This document shows positions 1 through 6,698 of a stretch of DNA of 6,698 bases, one piece after another. The stretch comes from Paraspadella gotoi (Eukaryota; Animalia; Chaetognatha). The notes beneath the pieces were generated by a model. It did no database searches. It was not told the origin of the DNA and saw only the letters and a program-made list of their open reading frames with translations. A program made the position numbers and the translations under genes. Numbering within the stretch: position 1 is the first letter of the stretch; each line of letters starts with the position of its first letter. The stretch spans positions 1-6,698 of the forward strand of contig JBJCIZ010000879.1 in the NCBI GenBank assembly GCA_051294375.1, read 5' to 3'.

Positions 1-120
1 GCACTTTTTATCATTTAGCACCTCTAGTATCTCATGAATAGACAACGGCAGAAGAAGATGATGACAAAGTCTTACCTTTGAATTATCAGTGGAGATTAAG
101 CCAAACAACTCTGATCTTTA

Positions 121-180
<60 letters not shown>
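121..180. repeat. (AAT)20 microsatellite
   Basis: Twenty perfect AAT units read directly. Confidence 0.99.
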
Positions 181-182
<2 letters not shown>

Positions 183-1177
183 GAATTTTTAATAACCATT
201 TTCATTTAGTTAATTTTATTGTTAATATCAGTTTTAATTTTTATCACTTTGTATTGCTTTAAAAGTATTTTGTTTCCTGCCTTTGTTTTTTATTCATTAT
301 ATAATTTTTTAAACCTCTCTGTTCTTATCTCAAACTCAATAAAATAAAATAAAAAAAAATATCAAACTTGACTTAAAGGCAACAATAATGTGAGGTAGTT
401 ACTGAGGTGAAATAGCTTGATGCTTTTGGTATCATTTAACAACACGCCTCTTACGCTTAAAAGTATTTTTTTAACAGGACAATGTCTTAACAATTTATTT
501 TTCTTTTGTTTATATTAAGAAGTTTAAATCCCCATTTGACTAAATCCATAAATTCATTAGATTTCTGATGCCTTTTAGTTCATTATTTTTCTTTTATTTT
601 TTGTAGTTTAAAAAAATTGCAAACTTTATACATTAATATAAAAATTATTAGATAAAGTAACTTCTTACAAATGAAAACAGTTATATATCTTCTTATTTCA
701 TATATATTTGAATAAAACTATCTACTTACCATCTTTACTATTTTTTAAATTTTTTGGTTTTTTTCAAAAAAGACAATTTTTAAATAATATTTAAACTTAA
801 GTAATGTAAGTTTTTTACATTTTATATAGTTGAAAATTAGTTTTATATACTTGAATTTAACTATTTTACTTAAATTAATAATATTAACCATTTTTATTTT
901 ATTTTTAAATTTGCTATTTTTTCGATTTCTTTGCTCTTATCGCATTATAAATCGATAGAACGGAATTGGCCAAGCGGAATTTTTGTCTTTTTGATCTTAG
1001 GGAATAGTTTTACATGTGTTTTCAAAAAATTAGGAGGCACAAGATGTCCTTTTTATTTCTTGTATTTATTACTCCGCGCTATTGGGACGAGTATGAAAAG
1101 ATTTCCTCTGGCAATGTAAATCTGTTATTAAATATGCTATTTGCTTATTATATATTTTTTTCTTTAATAACATCATT

Positions 1178-1870
1178 AGAGACGGAGAGAGATGGAGAGA
1201 AGCGTAAAATTTCTGTCGTATGAGTTATTCTTCACTTTTTTTAAAATAAATCCACGAAAATCTCGGATGTTAAATTTGGGATAATGGTGATAATAAGTTT
1301 TAGAAGGAAAAAATAATCAGAATTTTTCAAAAAACGAACGATTCACGCAAGAAATCGTACACAGAGAGAGAGAGAAGAGAGAGACAGAGAGAGTCACAGA
1401 GAGAGACACAGTGAAGAGAAATTCGCCTCGTATTTTTTGTGTCCTTTTTTGGTCACTGTCTCTCTCTCAATCATAGCCAGTTTTCGATATCGGTCATTTT
1501 ATATTTTTACCTTTGGCATTTTTTGAGACCAGGATTTTCAGTTTTTGTGAACATTTTGGATACACGTCGCTCGTCGAAAACCGTTTTTTACGAGTTTTTA
1601 CTATTTATTTTTGTCACGATTTGCAACGTTCTGCTACGTTTGTTTCACCGAAAATATACGTTTACTTTGGGAAATTCGCGTTCTACACTTAGTGGAGATT
1701 TCTTCAGTCAGTGAGACTCTTGTCATAACCCTTTTTGGACGGCGACACTTCGAACGCCTTGGACCGCAAGCGTGGAGACTGATAGTCTTCTACACACAGA
1801 GAGAGACAGACAGAGAGAAACAAGCTGGACAGCTGCTGAAAAGCCGCTGTACAGTCACTGCAGAGGACTG
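1178..1870. promoter_or_regulatory. GA-repeat- and CpG-enriched island, possible promoter/enhancer
   Basis: GAGA tracts at about 1178-1202, 1359-1419, 1458-1468 (as TC) and 1793-1817. Visibly more CG dinucleotides than the flanks. Inr-like TCAGTT at 1538-1543 and TCAGTC near 1704. Function is inferred only. Confidence 0.35.
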
Positions 1871-2368
1871 AACTCGTTTTTTCTAAAAAAGAAAAAAATA
1901 TATATATAATTTAAAGAATAAAAGAAAGCAAAAATATGTTACAATTGTTTACAATTTGGAAATTTTTCCAATTTTTTTCCAATCGCAGCTTGTAAAAGAT
2001 TTTATTTTTATTTGTATTAAAATTAAGATATAGCTTCTCATTAAAAAGATTTTTGAGTTCCATTTTTTATTATATTTTTTTAAAAAATTTTTGAATTTCA
2101 TCTTCATATTATATACTGCATTATGTAAATTAGATTAAAGCATTTCTATATACTAATTTGGATATTATAATGAGTACTTTAATCTCATTTGCTATGCAGT
2201 AATCATAATGAGGTGGAAATTCAAACAAAAAATACTTAAATCCAAATGTAATATGAAAATATCACAGCTATTTCAGATGAAAAGCCATATCTAAATTTTT
2301 AACTTACTATGATCGCACACTTTTGTAAAACTTTATCATAATTTATAATAAATTTTATTTAAAAAAAA

Positions 2369-2972
2369 CCGGTAAGTCACAGCCAAACCTATAAAGCGTA
2401 GTAGTTTTATACAAAAAAAGTGTGACGGGACGACCGACGACGACGACGACGACTACGTCACAAAGAAGCAACTGCAGCCTTTCGAGTGACCTAATCTTAG
2501 TTCACTAATTCACCACCGGAGTTCTAACCGGTTTCACATCTGATTGCTCATTGACCGCTTTCTTTTGTACTTGTGAACCAAATCAAGTTCAGTCGGATTT
2601 CAACCTCAATTGTAACCACTTGCCTCATTCGATTTCATCCTATTTAAATTAATAAATGTTAAGTAAACATTTACAAACTCTGCTTTTATTTGAATTCTCT
2701 CTAATGTAAGAAAGTACATTTATACAAGAGAAATAAACTCAAAGGCGTTTTATTATTTCAAATCAAAAGAAAGAATCTAATTGAACAAGTGACTCAATTT
2801 TCCCTGCGTCACGTGACTTGCTACGCTGAATAGCTACGTTCGCCACGTCACTTAGCAACGCGTCACGATTGTGTCACGGACCTTATCACGCCGTTAGATG
2901 ACTCGAATGTCCGTGCCACACAACCCTAAAACATTATAGAGCCTGACCCGGCTTCGCCGGTCAAGGCTCGAT
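2369..2972 (-). mobile_element. Short non-autonomous Helentron/HINE (DINE-1-like) element, copy A, interrupted by a solo LTR
   Basis: 2369-2472 plus 2925-2972 is colinear with 2980-3120. On the minus strand it reads T-run, terminal hairpin (2939-2969), spacer, (GTC)n microsatellite (GAC x6 at 2436-2453), T-run. The class is assigned by architecture only; a matching second subterminal repeat was not found. Confidence 0.55.
2473..2920 (-). mobile_element. Solo LTR (448 bp), probably Ty3/Gypsy-type
   Basis: Starts TG (2473) and ends CA (2920). Flanked by CAAC (2469-2472, 2921-2924). Absent from the sister copy, which reads agaagcaat-cctaaaac. Minus-strand TATAAAT (2724-2718) is followed by AATAAA (2690-2685). 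Confidence 0.8.
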
Positions 2973-2979
2973 AAAAAAA

Positions 2980-3120
2980 CGGTAAGTCCCAACAAAACCT
3001 ATAAAAGCGTAGTAGTTTTTATATAAAAATAGCGTGACGACGACGACGACGACGACGTCACAAAGAAGCAATCCTAAAACATTATAGAGCCTGAACCGGC
3101 TTCGCCGGTCATGGCTCGAT
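2980..3120 (-). mobile_element. Short non-autonomous Helentron/HINE-like element, copy B (uninterrupted, 141 bp)
   Basis: Diverged head-to-tail copy of A, bounded by A-runs (2973-2979, 3121-3125). Has (GAC)7 at 3036-3056 and a hairpin at 3087-3117. Confidence 0.55.
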
Positions 3121-3515
3121 AAAAATTATGCAAGTTGAAAAAATTATGCAAGTTGAAAAAATTATGTAGGGTGAAAAAATTATGCAAGTTCAACTTCAAG
3201 TTGAAAAAATGAAGCAAGTTGAAAAAATGAAGCAAGTTGAAAAAATGAAGCAAGTTGAAAAAATGATGCAAGTTGAAAAAATGATGCAAGTTGAAAAAAT
3301 TATGCAAGTTGAAAAAATTATGCAAGTTGAAAAAATGATTCAAGTTGAAAAAATGATTCAAGTTGAAAAAATGATTCAAGTTGAAAAAATTCTGCAAGTT
3401 GAAAAAATGATGCAAGTTGAAAAAATGATGCAAGTTGAAAAAATGATGCAAGTTGAAAAATATGATGCAAGTTGAAAAAATTATGCGAGTAAAAAAATTA
3501 TGCAAGTGGAAAAAA
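3121..3515. repeat. 18-bp minisatellite, about 21-22 units, consensus AAAAAAT(T/G)ATGCAAGTTG
   Basis: Tandem units read directly; variants occur in adjacent blocks. The array explains the QVEKMM and FFNLHH ORFs. Confidence 0.97.
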
Positions 3516-3787
3516 TAATAATAATAATTAAAAAAATTATTTGTACTTTATTTGTAATTATTTCTACTATATTTATTTATTTATTTAGCTAATTACCGCT
3601 TAATTATCGTGGGCAGATCCGACATTGTTTGCTCAAACTTGTTTAAGGCCTGGGATCACTGGCCAAAAGTTATAATTAGGATTTAAAAAAGCTTATATTC
3701 GGAAAGTAGAGGTCCAGATGATTCTGAAAATGTATTCCCTTTATCTTCTCTTCGAATCCATTGCTGTTTTTTTTAAATTTTATAATA

Positions 3788-4080
3788 CTATATAAAATAA
3801 AAGAAACCTTTCGGAAGAGTTGCGGCCCAAACGGCTAAGCGGATTTTCATGAAATTTTACATAAATTCACTTAAGGACAAGGGTCCCAATTCTATGAGAG
3901 GGATTTTTCAAATTCACTTATCTTCATAAGAAAAAAAAAAGAATAAGAAAATTTTGGCATTAAATTCTAAATATCTTGAAAACTAGTAACATTTTTCAAA
4001 ATCCCTCTCATAGAATTTCTCCCACCTTTCCATACTTATAAAAAATAATTTGAGTTTATTTTTATTTCAAATGGTTTTAG
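3788..4080 (+). mobile_element. Probable relic of a non-autonomous Helitron-like/DNA element; boundaries uncertain
   Basis: ctatataaaataaaa is followed by aaacggctaagcggattttcatgaaatttt (3828-3858), which from memory resembles a motif common in insect non-autonomous rolling-circle elements. It contains a perfect 20-bp inverted repeat (3888-3907 / 3998-4017). Confidence 0.35.
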
Positions 4081-4596
4081 CTCCAACCCTTTTTGTTTAT
4101 TTATTTTTTATTTTTTAATTTTTTTTTGTAGATTTTGCAAAACTGAAAGTCAAGCAAAGAACTTTAAAATCGAGACGCTTTTCCGAAATCTATTTTCATT
4201 TCTAGTTTAAATGATTTTGTCAGCATGTAACGCTACAAACAACTGCTAGCTTAGAGGATTCGATCTCGATTTTTGTAGTTGTTTAGAAGAAAAATTTCTG
4301 TGTGAGGTTATTTGGTTTTTTTCTTTGACAACAAAGTTTACAAAAGTTTGACAGTTAATATCAGGATGCAATAAACTTTATTCTTATGTTTTGATTTGGA
4401 CAGAAGTCCTATTTTTATTTTCACTTCTGGTGGCTTGTGTCCTCCTTCTCTTTCCGCCGTGCCTTATATACCCTCTCTTCCTTTGTTTCCTCCTTTCCAT
4501 CTTTCCTGTCACGGAGTTTAGCTTTAAGGAGGATTTTCCTCTCCCTTCCTCCTCATCGGGGGGGGGCGGGGCCGGCCGCTCTTGGTCGGCGACCAT

Positions 4597-4903
4597 AGTG
4601 GAGGTGGTCGAGATAAATTGGCGAACAAAATGAGATGAATCGATTTATTGAAATCAGAAAAGCGAATGGAATCGAATTGGCTAATTGTACAAAGTGGCAT
4701 TCATTTATTAATGGCGAGAGAGAGAAAATTTGGTTTACATTTGTAAAGTAAACAATTCTAAAAATACTTCCAAATAAAGGTAACGTTTTGCGACCGGCGT
4801 TTGAACAGAGGAGCAAATATTTCTTAGCGGGCATTGGATTTTTAAAGAATTGGGCCGGCGATTTTATTACTTTCTTACTAATAATAATAATCAGGATCTC
4901 ACT
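4597..4903 (-). repeat. 3' LTR (307 bp)
   Basis: Differs from 5692-6003 at nine sites by hand alignment (about 96% identity). Minus-strand AATAAA at 4649-4644. Confidence 0.9.
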
Positions 4904-5673
4904 CGGCCACGCACCAAAGAAAGCAAAATAAATGAGTATCCAAAGTAAAGCAAATAAAATTAAATTAAAACGGCCACTTTCTAAAATAAAATTACACATC
5001 ACAGTAACTTCTTTTTGGCCAGTTAAAGCTAAAATAATGCAAAAATACCAAATGAAATTAATAATAATATTAGAAAATATACGGTTAGCGTAAATAACAC
5101 ATGAAAATTCAAATTACGAAGTTCTGATTTATGAATCACGAAAGACACAGTTTGTGATGAAGTTGATAGCACCCATGAACACAGTGAACAGCACAAAACG
5201 ATGAGCACACATTTAGACTTTGAAAAGAGTGATGACGTAGCATCGTGACGCAGATCCTCTGTGGCCGTAGGAGCATACCAGGGCTATTTCTCCAGTACAC
5301 GTACAAGTGACTACTGTGCATGTTGCCGCAAAGCAAACATATCACTGGTCTCAAAATCTCCCTCTCATCGCCGATCCACATGGCATTTTGGCGTCCAACT
5401 TCTCATAGAACGTGAGTCTGACGAGCCCATAGATGACGAACTTCATCACAAAAATTTGATGTCGTTTTTCAAGTTGGCAGAGACTTTAACGAAGCAGGAG
5501 AAACGTTAGTCCAAATTTCGGCATATCCACTCAGTGACACAAAAAAACAACCATTTTATGTCGTTTTGCGATGAACGTTTCTCTTCTTCAAAAAAGTCCC
5601 AAAATGCAAAGATTCATCTTTTGCCATTCTCAGACGCATTCTTTTGTAGGTGTAATCCCACCATTGAGGTGGG

Positions 5674-5691
5674 ATCCCACTGCTGCCATCA
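5674..5691 (-). other. Primer-binding site, tRNA-Leu-like
   Basis: Plus strand ATCCCACTGCTGCCATCA matches the metazoan tRNA-Leu(AAG) 3' end ATCCCACCGCTGCCACCA (recalled) at 16/18 positions. It lies directly next to the LTR end. Confidence 0.8.
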
Positions 5692-6003
5692 AGTGGAGGT
5701 GGTCGAGATAAAAATGGCGAACAAAATGAGATGAATCGATTTATTGAAATCAGAAAAGCGAATGGAATCGAATTGGCTAATTGTACAAAGTGGCATTCAT
5801 TTTTATATGGCGAGAGAGAGAAAATTTGGTTTACATTTGTAAAGTAAACAATTCTAAAAATACTTCCAAATAAGGTAACGTTTTGCGACCGGCGTTTGAA
5901 CAGAGGGAGCAAAATATTTCTTAGCGGGCATTGGAATTTTTAAAGAATTCGGCCGGCGATTTTATTTACTTTCTTACTAATAATAATAATCAGGATCTCC
6001 ACT
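5692..6003 (-). repeat. 5' LTR (312 bp)
   Basis: Minus-strand TATAAAA (5807-5801), then AATAAA (5745-5740), then the LTR end and PBS. This order agrees with minus orientation. Confidence 0.9.
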
Positions 6004-6504
6004 CCATTGAAGCGTGAGCGGCGACGGCCACCCATCTTTCTCTCTCTTTCTTTCTTTCTTAGTTGATTCGTTACACCCTCCCCCACTTCTCTCGAAATGG
6101 TTTCCGCTTACGCCTACGCTCTTCTCCTCGGCCTCCTTGGACTTATTTCTATGTAAGTTAATTTTGTCAATTACATGCAAATTACATTATAACAATTTTA
6201 CAATACAATGTGAAATGTAAAGCATATCGAATAGACAATTCATATGAAATTCATAGACAACTTTACGTGGAAATTTTTTGTGGCTAGTACAGTAACTTAT
6301 GGTTAAAACTTGTACTATAAACTAAACACACATAATTATTTGTTGATTAAATATTTCCAAGGATAATATAGATATCAATAATATCAATTAATTGTGAAAT
6401 TTAGGAACTCGGTTTATTATTAAATTATTTATATTTAAAACCCGTCGGTGCTTTTCGATGCTCTTTTGGATTTTTTAGCTTTTAAATTTTTCCGCTTACT
6501 TCTC

Positions 6505-6698
6505 ATGTTGTTATTCCTTTTTTTGTCTGCTTTTCTCAGTACCCATTGCAAACGGGAATATGTTTTAGTGGGCGGCCTCATCATCCGTGTCCTCAATGAG
6601 GATGGGAGCCCACGCTCCCTCTCGACCTGCTCTCCTCACCAACGGCCTTACTCCAACACCTGTGGAAATCCAGGATCCCAACCAACTTCGTTGGTTCC
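6505..6698 (+). CDS. Possible 5' part of a secreted-protein ORF, truncated by the window edge
   Basis: ATG at 6505, open to the end: MLLFLFLSAFLSTHCKREYVLVGGLIIRVLNEDGSPRSLSTCSPHQRPYSNTCGNPGSQPTSLV. GC content rises after about 6540. Other frames are also open there and no homology is recognised. Confidence 0.25.
   Translation, partial: MLLFLFLSAFLSTHCKREYVLVGGLIIRVLNEDGSPRSLSTCSPHQRPYSNTCGNPGSQPTSLV

Larger units (their letters stand above)
4597..6003 (-). mobile_element. Complete non-autonomous miniature LTR retrotransposon (TRIM-like), 1,407 bp
   Basis: Direct repeats at 4597-4903 and 5692-6003. Inverted ends AGTGGAG...CTCCACT. CCAT on both outer flanks (4593-4596, 6004-6007). PBS-like 18-mer abuts the right LTR. 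The 788-bp interior has no recognisable gag/pol. Confidence 0.88.

Noticed and set aside
88-96. AGTGGAGAT here and at 1691-1699, identical to the LTR terminus
   Set aside because: Similarity stops at 9 bp with no further LTR sequence, so it is treated as chance.
66-115. Minus-strand splice donor AAG|GTAAGA at 76/75 suggesting a small exon
   Set aside because: No convincing acceptor or coding signal. It cannot be supported without transcript data.
931-1871. Four short plus-strand ORFs
   Set aside because: They overlap, are F/L/I-rich as expected from T-rich DNA, and show no recognisable domain.
2939-3125. Rho-independent terminators (hairpin plus A/T run)
   Set aside because: There are no bacterial genes, and the hairpins are the ends of a duplicated repeat unit.
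3074-3505. 143-aa FFNLHH and 97-aa QVEKMM repeat ORFs as real proteins
   Set aside because: The 18-bp unit is a multiple of three and lacks stops in these frames on both strands. The frame breaks at a 19-bp unit and there is no non-repeat domain.
3121-3515. CRISPR array
   Set aside because: Units are contiguous with no unique spacers, there are no cas genes, and the context is eukaryotic.
4391-4633. Hydrophobic membrane-like ORF, possibly continuing into 6014-6220
   Set aside because: The hydrophobicity follows from pyrimidine skew. Removing the element gives a stop within three codons of the junction.
5655-5691. tRNA gene or tRNA-derived SINE
   Set aside because: Only the 3' 18 nt match, with no cloverleaf or A box. 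Its position against the LTR fits a PBS.
4553-5912. Paralogous ORFs 4553-5002 and 5556-5912 as a duplicated gene
   Set aside because: The shared peptide is translation of the two LTRs. Indels between the copies shift the frame and both ORFs cross element boundaries.

Overview
AT-rich, non-coding eukaryotic DNA (repeat motifs suggest an arthropod or other invertebrate; this is inference). No confident protein-coding gene, and most supplied ORFs are by-products of repeats. The window is a stack of small mobile elements. (1) A complete 1,407-bp non-coding LTR element (TRIM-like) lies on the minus strand at 4597-6003, with 307/312-bp LTRs, a 4-bp CCAT target duplication, a tRNA-Leu-like primer-binding site and non-canonical AGT...ACT ends. 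(2) A different 448-bp TG...CA solo LTR (2473-2920, CAAC duplication) is nested in the first of two head-to-tail ~145-bp Helentron/HINE-like elements that carry a GCGAAGC-capped hairpin; the second copy shows the empty site. (3) There is an 18-bp minisatellite and a probable Helitron-like relic with a 20-bp inverted repeat. (4) A GA-repeat/CpG-rich island may be regulatory. (5) An open frame with a signal-peptide-like start runs off the right edge.
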